In this document: one piece after another, positions 54,223 through 64,000 of the stretch
How the letters are laid out: each line of letters starts with the position of its first letter
Position numbering within the stretch: the stretch's first letter is position 1
Assembly: GCA_051546255.1 (NCBI GenBank)
Contig: CP128815.1
Location: 434,001 to 498,000 of the forward strand
DNA length: 64,000 bases
DNA from: Meyerozyma guilliermondii
Lineage: Eukaryota
Direction of reading: 5' to 3'
The notes under the pieces: model-generated
The model's database searches: none
The model's input: only the letters and a program-made list of their open reading frames with translations
Told to the model about the DNA's origin: nothing
Made by a program: the position numbers and the translations under genes

Positions 54223-54672
54223 ATGGAAAATACGTCCAGACGTCAATGGGAAGAAATGACCGTAATTGAGCCCGGAACTACACCCGGAACTACACCGGAA
54301 GCTGGGCCCGATTCTTCATTTTATTGGAGAAAGCTGCCATTCGGGATTATTTTATTACTTCTTATATGGCCAAAGTTGTTCCCTACTTACTTCGATGAAG
54401 AGATCGAGGCTCCGCGTGGACTCGATATTTCTTGTTTTCTCTGGTGTGCGATGCTTACTACCGACCAGTTTGGGGCCCTACAAGTTTCCTTTGAACGTGA
54501 GTCATTAAAAAAAATATCATACAGATTATTTTCTTTGGCTACGTGCTTGTGTATATCGTACTACTTCCACGAGAGGGCATTTGATTCACCTGTTGATACT
54601 AGATATGATGTTTACGCTTCATGTCGAGATGTGATTATTCCCTTTATCATGAAGCATGCTGAGTTATGGTAA
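54223..54672 (+). CDS. Family 2 copy (MENT-type)
   Basis: ALQVSFERESLKKI..RLFSLATC motif; flanks shared with the 55535 unit. Confidence 0.65.
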   Translation: MENTSRRQWEEMTVIEPGTTPGTTPEAGPDSSFYWRKLPFGIILLLLIWPKLFPTYFDEEIEAPRGLDISCFLWCAMLTTDQFGALQVSFERESLKKISYRLFSLATCLCISYYFHERAFDSPVDTRYDVYASCRDVIIPFIMKHAELW

Positions 54673-55534
54673 CTTTGCGTTTGAAATGGCTAGAAATGAC
54701 TTGAAATGAGTGGATCTCCGTTCATTTCCATCGCTAAAATTGGGTATCAAACATTTGCTCTCCTTAGTTTAAACATGTTTTTTTGATTAATATATGTTTG
54801 ACCCACTTACCGTTCGTCTCAATCAGACTAAAAACCGACAAAGATCAAATCCGAGGCTGCACGAATATGCATATGGAGGGCTTCAAAAGATCAGCAAGGT
54901 CTAGAACTGTATTTGCGACATATTTGGTGGTCATTCTTCATGCATGTTGTGCATTTGGGTAGCGACCCTCCCCCCGCCCTTCCCGCATAAATGCAGAAGC
55001 ATAGTTTTTCGGACTAGAAGTAAATTCTAGGTTTCTCAAGCAACTTAAAGGTACTCAGAAGTCACCACCGAATGTTAAGATTGAAAGATATCTCATAAAA
55101 ATCATCAAAGATTGGCGAACTTAACAAGCCTATTTAGTGCAAGGCGCGGCTCGCTAAGCTCACACGATACGAGCTGCATGCATATTCAACTGCGAGATGA
55201 CGTAAGGGGCACATCCGAAAGGGAGAGGGTGTACATGTAACACCAAAAGATTCGCCACTACGTTTACGACCGGACCTTTTCACAGTGTAGTATAATCATT
55301 CTAGTTGCTCTTAAATACTTGAAGCAAGTGCGATTAATGAAAATTATTTCGATTCATAATATTTCAAGTATTTTGCTTTTAATATTTCAGGTGAATTGCA
55401 TGAATAGTTGCAGGGGTTGTCCCTTCGAAGCATGCAATGCCATGCAGCCGTTCGATTTGCATTTTGATCTGGACACGATCTACATATAAAAGACCATTGA
55501 TCGCAGCTCCCTCTTGTAATTTATTTGAACACAA

Positions 55535-55939
55535 ATGGAAAATACGACTACAACAACAAGGGCCATGACTCTGAATAACTGGAGAGCAGAGTTGAAAGCA
55601 ACGCTGATACTGCTTGCAGAAAAATGTCGTAAAACAGTTCGTGAAGAAAATCGTCTACACCAGAAGGCATCCCCTGGTGTCGGCATAAGAAGGGATAGAG
55701 CTCCGGATTATATCTGGTTTGGTACCTTAGTCATTTGTGTGATATATTTTGCAAGACGGGTGGATGCCTTAATCGTTTCCTATCGACGTGAGGAGCCATT
55801 AGAAAATGTTATGTCCAACTTTTTTTCCGTTGTTGTGTGCATTATTACATGTTATCTCGTTTACGTTTACTGCTACCTAGTTATAGAATCCATCTATATC
55901 CGGTACATTCAGCTGCTCGAATTATTAGCAATTTGGTAG
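55535..55939 (+). CDS. Family 2 copy (MENT-type)
   Basis: ALIVSYRREEPLENVMSNFFSVVVC; 3' flank ~55969-56125 nearly identical to ~54671-54825. Confidence 0.65.
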   Translation: MENTTTTTRAMTLNNWRAELKATLILLAEKCRKTVREENRLHQKASPGVGIRRDRAPDYIWFGTLVICVIYFARRVDALIVSYRREEPLENVMSNFFSVVVCIITCYLVYVYCYLVIESIYIRYIQLLELLAIW

Positions 55940-56537
55940 CTGACACGTGAAAGAATGCTGAGTTATAATAACTTTGTGTTTGAAATGGCTAGAAATGACT
56001 TGAAATGAGTGGATCTCCGTTCATTTCCTTCGCTAAAAATGTGGGTATCAAACATTTGCTCTCCTTAGTTTAAATATGTTTTCTGATTAATATATGTTTG
56101 ACCCACGTACTGTTCATCACAATCAGAACGAAGAATTGTAGGCTTGTCAAATCATTGCAATACTCACGAGCTACGATGTATGCAAGACAAGTTCTTTTTG
56201 CCTTATCCTGGACGTTTTGCATCAGAAGTTAGATCATTAAGTTGGTATGGTAGTATAGAATTCATATTCAAATTTTAGGACACCTATTTTATGGTAAGTC
56301 TCTTGTAAGTGTTTACTTATTGATTTCTAATAGATTTACAAGTTGGCTAGACTTATTCAGATATAAGCAAACAACGGAAAGAAAAACAGACTTCTGGCAA
56401 CTAATTTTCTTTACAATTGACCGGCAATTCTTTTAGGTTTTGCATAATCGGGATCCGGATCCAAATACGAACGGAGGCCCAGTAATGTGCCGCAACTCGG
56501 TAACTTCTCGAGTCTGCCGAAAGTAGTGCGAGCTCTG

Positions 56538-56877
56538 TGTTGGATTATTGGCAGATTACGTGATGATATCCTTCACCGTGGGTGTAGTGTTGTGTGAGCT
56601 ATCTGGAATTTACACTAGCACTATATTGGTGATATAATGTCTTCCTTAATTAGGTATCCGATCCCTAATTATCGATCGAAATCCTGCTGGAATCAACCGT
56701 ATTGTCCTTTAGATATTATATTAGTTTACTATCCTAATTAATAGATCTAAATTCTTCGCTTAAAATTCCATATTGGGAATTCTCTTCCCTTTATAGAGCC
56801 AGGAGCCATTATCCGGCGATACTGCCCTTATGGAGTATAACGTTGATTATCTAATAGAACTCCTGCTTAGTTCAACA
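56538..56877. mobile_element. Solo LTR, 340 bp
   Basis: TGTTG...CAACA ends; 5-bp TSD CTCTG at 56533-56537 and 56878-56882; absent from the paralogous site near 52255. Confidence 0.92.
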
Positions 56878-57123
56878 CTCTGTCTATCACGTAAGAGGAG
56901 AGTAAGTAAGAGAGAATAGAACAGAAAGTTTAAGAAAAATTGAGAGATTGAAGGAAATGGAAAGAATAAGAAATTAAGTACAAGAGATATCAGAATCAGT
57001 AGGCTGAACCTTCGATAGAGGCTTCCACTTTCTTTCGGTTTGGCAGATTACTAGCTAGAGCTAACTTAAAAACTGAGCTTCGCAGCCACCTCTAATTTGG
57101 ACAAAGATTTGACTAAACAAACT

Positions 57124-57600
57124 ATGGCGACTCCGGGTTGCCTGAAGAAAGAAAAAGCTCGTGAAAAATGGCTAAAAAAACAGAAAGGATCCCCTGATGA
57201 AAAAATAAGAGCGAATAAACACAATTCTTATTTCTGGTCCGGTTGTGCATTGTTTGTGATATGTGTAAGAGGGGTGCGTGCCCTATGGGTTTCCCGTGAG
57301 CCATTAAAACTTATCCTCAGGTTTATTCGTGTTGTTGTGTGCGTTGTTGCGTGCGTTGTGATATGTTGCACCGCTTTCAATTACTTCAGCCCATCATGGA
57401 AGATAACTCTATCTGGAATTATCGATGTATTACTCCACCTAGAATATTCAACTCGTGCTGATATTTTTCAATTTATTAGTATATCAATCCTATTAACTCC
57501 ACCCCCGAAGAGCACAGAGGAAAAGGATGAAATCAAAAACGAAAAGAATGAAATCAAAAACGAAAAGGATGCAATCAAAAAGGAATATGCTGAGGTATAA
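57124..57600 (+). CDS. Family 2 copy, close paralog of 52472
   Basis: Shares VSREPLKLILRF, FNYFSPSWKIT.SGIIDVLLH and KDEIKNE-type repeats. Confidence 0.7.
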   Translation: MATPGCLKKEKAREKWLKKQKGSPDEKIRANKHNSYFWSGCALFVICVRGVRALWVSREPLKLILRFIRVVVCVVACVVICCTAFNYFSPSWKITLSGIIDVLLHLEYSTRADIFQFISISILLTPPPKSTEEKDEIKNEKNEIKNEKDAIKKEYAEV

Positions 57601-58002
57601 TTACTCTGTGTTTAGAATGATTTGAAATGTGAGGTTCATCGTTCATTTTTTTGCTGTAAGCTGCTCTCATAAGTTTGTGGCTATCGCTTATTTCTCGTTT
57701 TCGTCTTTAGTAATGTATGTTTTTCCCACGTACTGTTCATCAGAAAGAAGAGATAGACCAGAAAGTTTAAGGAAAATTGAGAGAATGAAGTAATCGGAAA
57801 GTATAAGGAAATTGAGAAAAGATAGCAGAATCAGTCATCTCAGCGTCATTTTCAGGTTCTTTGACCTTCGGAAGGTTCCACTTTCTTTCGCAGCGCACCC
57901 CATTATGACAAGTTGCGGCCGACTACTTTATTGAGCTTCCAAATAATTTGCAGCCAATTTCGCAGTACTGCACTCGAAGTTGAAGGCTCTTGCACCTTTT
58001 TC

Positions 58003-58416
58003 TGTTAGAATATGCAGAACCTCGACATGTTGCATATGTAGGATCGAGTGAAGATCGGTGGAGCTGACCTTCGCCGATCCCAAGGCGGTTGCTAGCATGA
58101 AGGGCTGTTTGGAGCATATTACCCCTCACGGGAAAGCCTATATAAGGAGGTGCCACCAGCGGTAAAGAGCACGGTTTGAACGAGAGAAATATCGTATATC
58201 CCTAGCTAGGAAATATATACGATTGATGAACGAGATACTAGAATAAGTTGCAGCTATTCTAGGTTAATCTCTACTGCCACACACAACCACACTCACGTGA
58301 GAACATTGTTTATAGTCTGGCCTACGCAGAGTCACCAGACCCATAGTGACCCAAAGCGGAAGTCTTTTACCAATATACTACACCTGTATATTGGCCCCAG
58401 AAATTCTAGTTTAACA
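58003..58416 (+). mobile_element. Solo LTR, 414 bp, from a different family
   Basis: TGTTA...TAACA ends; 5-bp TSD TTTTC at 57998-58002 and 58417-58421; internal TATATAA near 58139. Confidence 0.88.
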
Positions 58417-58767
58417 TTTTCTGGCTCTTGGAATTAGCTCTGTAGTTGTTAGTGCTCGTGGAGTCCAGTCACATTAGTCTTATATGCTACTGGTTTAGCT
58501 TGGAATGGGAGCTTTTCTCCTTACCTAAAAGTGATTTTACGTTAAAGCCGCGCATATAGTTGCAAAAAGAGGACGGATTTAAGGTTGCAAAATAAGACGA
58601 CTCCCGGAAATAAGTATGGATATTTGGGTGAAAAATAGTGAGAATTTATTCGTGTTTTGAGGCTGATGACAATTTGAACACGAGTAAATTCAACCTGGAA
58701 ACTATCCAGCCAGTATAGTATACCGTACACTTACATTACACACTCTCTACATATACACTTAATATAC

Positions 58768-58830
58768 ACTTATACCAGTAACTTATACCAGTAACTTATA
58801 CCAGTGAATTATACCGGTACACTTGTACCA
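58768..58830. repeat. 13-bp tandem repeat ACTTATACCAGTA, about 4.5 copies
   Basis: Read directly. Confidence 0.9.
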
Positions 58831-58908
58831 CGTTCACTGATACTCTGCTGGAAATGATTGAAACTTCTACGTTTTCTTTTTCAGCCAATTGTCAAGGGAC
58901 GCCTCGCT

Positions 58909-59817
58909 TTACTCCAAATTCTCAATTCTAGAGCGTTTACTTTCTCTCAAACTCAATTCCAATCCGTACCTGGACGATATGGTAATAAAGTCCCGAAGAA
59001 GATCATCAACCTTTTCCTTGCTTGTGAGATTGAAATTTCTTCTCTTTCTACCACCAGCAGTTTCCGTTTCGTCACTGAATGATTTGATCTTGGTCGACAA
59101 TTGAGTCATTGTAAGTCCCTGTTTGTCTCTATAAAGTTCAAGTAGGTCCACTTGTCCAAACTCCTTTGCAAGAGGTTCACTCTTAGAAAGCCTGAGATAT
59201 TCAACGGTGGGCCGTCGGCGCATGAGGTATTGTCTCTCTTTGGCAGACTTTGCCCACTTACATGAGTCAATAAGGTTAAACTCTTCGATCAAAAGTGGAA
59301 CTGTTTTTATGCCTTTACCAAGTATACGTGGTCTGCCATTGAAATTTGGGGGACTTTGTGGTAAGCAAGCTCTTCCATTGCTCGAACCACGAGGAGGGTG
59401 TATCACTCTAGGATGCTCAATTTGCGTATCGATAGTTGGGGAGCTTGTTTCATGGTCAATAGCTGAGGAGCTTTGGGTATTGTCGATAGCTGGGGAGATT
59501 TGAATGTTATGGTCTATAGCTGGTGGGCTTTGAGTACTAACTTCAATTGGGGAGATTTGCGTACTGTCTTCAATTGGCGTTTGCGTAGTTTGCAGGCTTT
59601 GCTTCAGTCGCCATTGATTTATAAAGTCACTCATCATATGTTCGAGTTTCGTAAGTTTGTCCATTAGAGCCGTTAATTTCTCGTCCATAGCATTAATTTT
59701 CTCGTTCATATCACCAATTCGTTCGCAAGTCGCATCAATGCTTCTGTTCAACTTTTCGAATTCCGCCTCATACATATCGTCTCTTCGCAGTTTCCTTTCT
59801 TGCGACAAATCTCTCAT
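58909..59817 (-). CDS. GCR1_C-domain putative DNA-binding protein, copy B
   Basis: GIKTVPLLIEEF...KWAKSAKERQYLMRRR..VEYL...VDLLELYRDKQGLTMTQLS; N-terminal coiled coil; paralog of 45172. Confidence 0.72.
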   Translation of the reverse strand: MRDLSQERKLRRDDMYEAEFEKLNRSIDATCERIGDMNEKINAMDEKLTALMDKLTKLEHMMSDFINQWRLKQSLQTTQTPIEDSTQISPIEVSTQSPPAIDHNIQISPAIDNTQSSSAIDHETSSPTIDTQIEHPRVIHPPRGSSNGRACLPQSPPNFNGRPRILGKGIKTVPLLIEEFNLIDSCKWAKSAKERQYLMRRRPTVEYLRLSKSEPLAKEFGQVDLLELYRDKQGLTMTQLSTKIKSFSDETETAGGRKRRNFNLTSKEKVDDLLRDFITISSRYGLELSLRESKRSRIENLE

Positions 59818-60875
59818 ATGGTTTGTCTTCTCTCATATCAAGATTAATTAGTTTCGCGTTGATAATTTGCGAATTATTTTTTAATTCATAAGAAGTCAAA
59901 GTTGGTGAAATGGAAAATCAAGAGCGCGAAAAATTTGAGCACTGGGCTTGAACAAGTTCCTGAGCTTCAACGGCAGTCACTTTTGCAACTTGATCTTAAG
60001 GAGCCACTTTCCAAGTATTAACAACATTTTTCGGCAACAATTGCACATTTAGAATCGAGACACTCATACGTTTAAGAGCTTTCGCTTTTCTTGAGTAAAT
60101 TAGATAGCCAATTTTCGTTTTCTCTGATTTTCGTATAATAGCCAAGAGCCCTGTGAAAAGATCTCGATGTGGTTGATCTAACCTTTCATCTCGATCAATT
60201 CCCTAACGTCTCCATCAGCACTGTAATCATTTCCTCTAGAAAGAAGCCAAACTGTTGCTTTCAGTTAGTTTTTTTGTGGCTTGAGCGAAGACGTTGAGAA
60301 ACTTAATTCTTCCTTGTTGAGTCCATCAGGTAGTTAGACTTATTGAATGAGCTAGTTTCTCATCATTCCGGTTTGTGTCACAAAATCTTGGTGGTGATGG
60401 AAACAAAACCATCATTTTGAGTACTCTTCAGCTTCTATAATCATTTGAATTCTACTGGGGCTGCTTCGATTTCATAGTTGGTTTCAAATCCAATAATTAT
60501 TATTTTGAAATTTTGCAACCAATGATAAAAATACAAACCAGATTGCTTTAAGTAAGTCAGATTTTGAATGTCGCAAGAGGATAGTGGCCCGTTCATGCCA
60601 AGTCGACTAGAGAAGCGAGAAAAGTGATCTGATATAATCAGCTCATACGAGAACGGGTCACTACTCAAAGGTGGAAAGTTAATATCAACAATCTGTTTTC
60701 GCAATTCACATCCATTCACCAACGGACGTAGATCAAACCACTTCTTCGCACTGGTAAAGACACATCGGAGGTTATATCGCAGAATTATAATGTTAATCCC
60801 TACATAGATCTAGTTGTTACATTGTTGGATGACCTGTTGTCACTCTTTATTCATTTAGTTCTTTGATAGCTCGCT

Positions 60876-61547
60876 ATGAAGCTCAATTATGCAAAACCAT
60901 TATTGTTCTTAATTTTCAGTTGGTTTGTACTTGCGATTGACACACAGATTTACTTGAAAAGAGCCAATGATTCATGTCAATTGATTCCAGTTTTATACAA
61001 AGGTCGATTTTTACAGTACAATTGCCCTGGAGAGACACATTATATGCTTGCTGATGAAGAATTTATTGCATTAAGTAACATCACCAAAAATGTTCCCGAA
61101 CGGTTAACATTACTGAACGGAACGATTTTCAACTACAAGAAACAGCACTCGAATCGAAATTACACTCACCAACTAATTCGTTTCATTGACTATGCAACCG
61201 CTCACATTAAGCAAGTGAGTCTCAATATTGCAAATTACTTTCAGCTTCGAACAAAACCGTGTCAGATAAACCAAAAAATGGCCACCAGTAAGGATGGCAG
61301 CAAATATTTGCATATTCTGGTTGAAGCTACCAAAACCTGTGATAAGCTGGCACAAATTTCCGCAATTCTAGAATCCATGGAAGAGTGGTTAAAAAATCAC
61401 GAACATTATTGCGGTATATGGTGTACTCGTGAATCCGATAAAGGGACTTGGGCAGGGTTGATTCTGATTGGACTGAATAAAGCTTTTTCGTTGGAGTCGT
61501 GTGGTAATTATGGGACATATGGACAATGTGAAGAAACTAACGGTTGA
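60876..61547 (+). CDS. Secreted Cys-containing protein, CSS2/KHR1 killer-toxin-like C-terminus
   Basis: Signal peptide, KR site, N-glycosylation sequons; TCDKSAQISAI...YCGIWC.R.SDKGTWAG.I.IG...CG pattern (CUG=Ser). Confidence 0.65.
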   Translation: MKLNYAKPLLFLIFSWFVLAIDTQIYLKRANDSCQLIPVLYKGRFLQYNCPGETHYMLADEEFIALSNITKNVPERLTLLNGTIFNYKKQHSNRNYTHQLIRFIDYATAHIKQVSLNIANYFQLRTKPCQINQKMATSKDGSKYLHILVEATKTCDKLAQISAILESMEEWLKNHEHYCGIWCTRESDKGTWAGLILIGLNKAFSLESCGNYGTYGQCEETNG

Positions 61548-61853
61548 GTATGAAAATCAAAAGAAGGATACTAGAAACGCTGGCTCCAACTGAAACTTAG
61601 CATGCTTCAAAATAAATCTAGAAATATAGGAACGACTGCATCAGTTTTATTAGTCAGATTGCTCTCTAATTTCTTGCGTAAATTTCAAAGAAAGAAAGAA
61701 ACCATTTCGTAGTCATAGTGCGATTCATTTACGGTGTTTGCTGAGTCCTTATGGTTTCCGCAGCCACGGCACCTGCACACAAGCGGTTCCAGAGTTTCCG
61801 GATGTCACCCACGTCGCGGCCGATTTCCGACCATTTCCTCTACCATTCCGACC

Positions 61854-63629
61854 ATGTCGGTGCAGAAAATCAAATCCAACATGAATGTTTTCGGTTCCGC
61901 CGTCCTGGACAAAATTCGCCACCACCACCTGCAATTTTCCAATGAAGATGAGATCATCTTGCACTATCGAAATGACATCAAACAATCCATTTCTGGGTTA
62001 AAGTTTATCGTATCTCAAATGCATCGATTATCAAAAAATCACTGGAACAAATTATTCAAAACAAACTTAAAAATTTGCAAACAATTCATAGATCTTATTG
62101 GAGACAATTCCTTGCATTTTGAAGACATAGAAAAGTATTACCATCAATTTGATGCGTGGCAGGCTGAAGAAACCGTGCCACTGGTGCACCCAAAGGAAAG
62201 ACAGTTTTTGATAGAAAGTGTAAATCACCAATTGAGAAACTATCTGCTTACAATACAACAGCTTCGTGACCGCGTGGTGGGGGAGTGGGACTACCATGCT
62301 GAGTCGATGAAAATTCGAGTGGGGGAGATGATTGGGTATCTCAAACTGATTCTTCAGCTAATCAAGAAACGCAACAAGAAGAAGTCCAATTACGACAAAA
62401 TCCACAATAAGGTGGATAAACTCATGAAAAAGACAACCGAGCTCGAACCCAAAGAACGCAAACAACTAGAAGCTTTGGACCACGAATTGCTCGAAGCAGG
62501 TCGTATATTCACTCGGATCGACGAGAAACTAAAGGCTATACTTCCACACTCGTTATCTCTTCTTGACGAGTTTGTGGAAAATATCACGAAAATCACCTTC
62601 TGCAAGCAATTGGATCTCTACCAAGACATAGACGCATCGCTTCGTTACTTTGGTGAGTTCCAGGGCTTGTTAGATACCAAAGAAAAAGCTCCACATATAC
62701 CCCAATTGGACAAAATCGAAGACCTCTGGAACGAAGCGGTCACTCCTACTAGACTCCAGATCGAGTCTTTTATCTCCATAATCCACAACAAGCGCCCAGA
62801 ACTTCTTGATACCGAGATCGACGACCAGGACAAAACCCTGAAACTTTCCAATGCATGGACCAAAGTCACCAACAAAGTAGTGGACAAGAACCACGTAGTC
62901 AAGGCAAAGGACGAGAAGAACGGAATATTCACCGATTACTTGGAAGCAGACGCATTGCAGTCTTTTGAAAAGTTCAACAATCCCAAATACAACATTTCAG
63001 AAACCTACCATCCTCACAAAATCATAAAAGCTGACGACATAACTCCTCCACAATCTGCCGTGGCTGCTCCTCCACTTCCTCCCAGGACCAATACTGCTCG
63101 TAAGCTGGTTATTCCTCAGTTTCACAATGGTCCTCCTGTGCCTCGTCGTCATAACTCACAATGGTTTGTCCCAGCAGATAACGATTCGGATTCGGACTCG
63201 GCCTCAATTTCCTCAGCTTCTTCGATTTCTTCCTTTTCTAGTGTTAGTTCTCTACCAACAGAGTCAACTATGAGGGACGACGACTACAACAAGAATGTTT
63301 CCAAGCTATACAATTCAGCAAAAAATGAAATCACAGAGGCCCCAATTACAGCAGAGTTGCCTGATTTAGGCCATCATAGAGTTCCAGCTAACATCACCGA
63401 GCGATTATTTCTGCTTTCTGTGTACTTTGCAAAGCTAGTCGATGCTGCTGACGGAACCACAAAAACAGCCAAGTTTGATTTTGACGGTGTGGAGCCAGGC
63501 GATCTCTCGTTCCGCAAAGGCGATGTTGTTTCAATTGCATACGATTTGGGAACTTCAAAGTGGCTCGTAGGGTACATGAAAGGAAAGGACGATATGAGAG
63601 TTGGCTTTGTTCCCAGCAACTACTTTTAG
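61854..63629 (+). CDS. BAR-like coiled coil plus C-terminal SH3 protein
   Basis: Helical N-terminus with IKKRNKKK.NYD; PPLPPR motif; AKFDFDG.EPGDLSFRKGD...W..G...GFVPSNY. Confidence 0.85.
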   Translation: MSVQKIKSNMNVFGSAVLDKIRHHHLQFSNEDEIILHYRNDIKQSISGLKFIVSQMHRLSKNHWNKLFKTNLKICKQFIDLIGDNSLHFEDIEKYYHQFDAWQAEETVPLVHPKERQFLIESVNHQLRNYLLTIQQLRDRVVGEWDYHAESMKIRVGEMIGYLKLILQLIKKRNKKKSNYDKIHNKVDKLMKKTTELEPKERKQLEALDHELLEAGRIFTRIDEKLKAILPHSLSLLDEFVENITKITFCKQLDLYQDIDASLRYFGEFQGLLDTKEKAPHIPQLDKIEDLWNEAVTPTRLQIESFISIIHNKRPELLDTEIDDQDKTLKLSNAWTKVTNKVVDKNHVVKAKDEKNGIFTDYLEADALQSFEKFNNPKYNISETYHPHKIIKADDITPPQSAVAAPPLPPRTNTARKLVIPQFHNGPPVPRRHNSQWFVPADNDSDSDSASISSASSISSFSSVSSLPTESTMRDDDYNKNVSKLYNSAKNEITEAPITAELPDLGHHRVPANITERLFLLSVYFAKLVDAADGTTKTAKFDFDGVEPGDLSFRKGDVVSIAYDLGTSKWLVGYMKGKDDMRVGFVPSNYF

Positions 63630-63659
63630 ATAAAAATATCATATATGCATTCAATTTCG

Positions 63660-64000
63660 TTAGTCAATTTCTGTGGCGAGAAGATCAAAAAGCGAACCAA
63701 GTACCTTCGTAGAGTCCGCTCGAATGCCATCGTGGAAGAATTCACTGGTGATATACTGTCTTAAATTCTCAAATCCAAATATGGAGCGCTTGACTTTCAT
63801 CGTCGTATCAAAGTCCACATACTGGTCGTAGAAGTAGCTAGCCGCCACAATGGGCACATCTTTCCATTTTATCAGCTTGAGCTTGTCCACATCGTAGAGC
63901 TGGGTCCATCTTTTCCGGTTGTGCAAAGAATCAGCCACCAGTTTGAAGGGTCGCAATTCCGTGTAATCGTCAAACATGGACTTGTATACCATTTCTCCCG
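63660..64000 (-). CDS. Prolyl aminopeptidase/proline iminopeptidase (S33), 3' part only
   Basis: GEMVY..MFDDY.ELRP, W..LYD...L, VP..AA.Y..DQYVDF, YITSEFFHDGIR; the ORF runs off the window edge. Confidence 0.8.
   Translation of the reverse strand, partial: GEMVYKSMFDDYTELRPFKLVADSLHNRKRWTQLYDVDKLKLIKWKDVPIVAASYFYDQYVDFDTTMKVKRSIFGFENLRQYITSEFFHDGIRADSTKVLGSLFDLLATEID

Noticed and set aside
60130..60780. Minus-strand coding-like remnant including the 93-aa ORF at 60441-60722
   Set aside because: Non-ATG start, stops downstream and no recognisable family; may be a decayed gene but cannot be supported.
40700..61600. Intact autonomous transposon or tRNA genes in the island
   Set aside because: No transposase, recombinase, integrase or reverse-transcriptase ORF, and no tRNA cloverleaf was seen by eye. 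The RNase H has a cellular-type hybrid-binding domain rather than a retroelement context.

Overview
Eukaryotic DNA from a CTG-clade budding yeast. CUG reads as Ser at conserved positions. The alpha-pheromone KKNSRFLTYWFFQPIM matches my recollection of Meyerozyma (Candida) guilliermondii, so this is that species or a close relative. Positions ~0.9-40.4 kb are dense housekeeping genes: TAM41, a WOPR transcription factor, SAP30, a CUE protein, CAC2, APE1, a sugar porter, SEC9, NHP2, SEC26, an intron-containing PA2G4-like gene, RCO1, MRP49, ARG7, a short-form CDC13, an SDR, IWR1, a notably divergent T7-type/RPO41-like RNA polymerase, TRS33, WHI3, a kinase, a SUR7-family gene and the alpha-factor precursor. 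Positions ~40.7-61.6 kb are an AT-richer accessory island. It holds ~4.4 kb without credible genes (3 x ~145-bp tandem repeats and a TGGGAC inverted-repeat cluster) and two paralogous GCR1_C-domain (Crypton/Gcr1/Ndc10-type) genes. Between those two lie tandem arrays of two unrecognised small membrane-protein families with pseudogenes, a broken RNase H1 and two solo LTRs with target-site duplications. A secreted CSS2/KHR1-like (killer-toxin-related) gene sits at the right edge. A BAR+SH3 gene and a partial prolyl aminopeptidase end the window. All family calls come from motif recognition by eye, with no database search.
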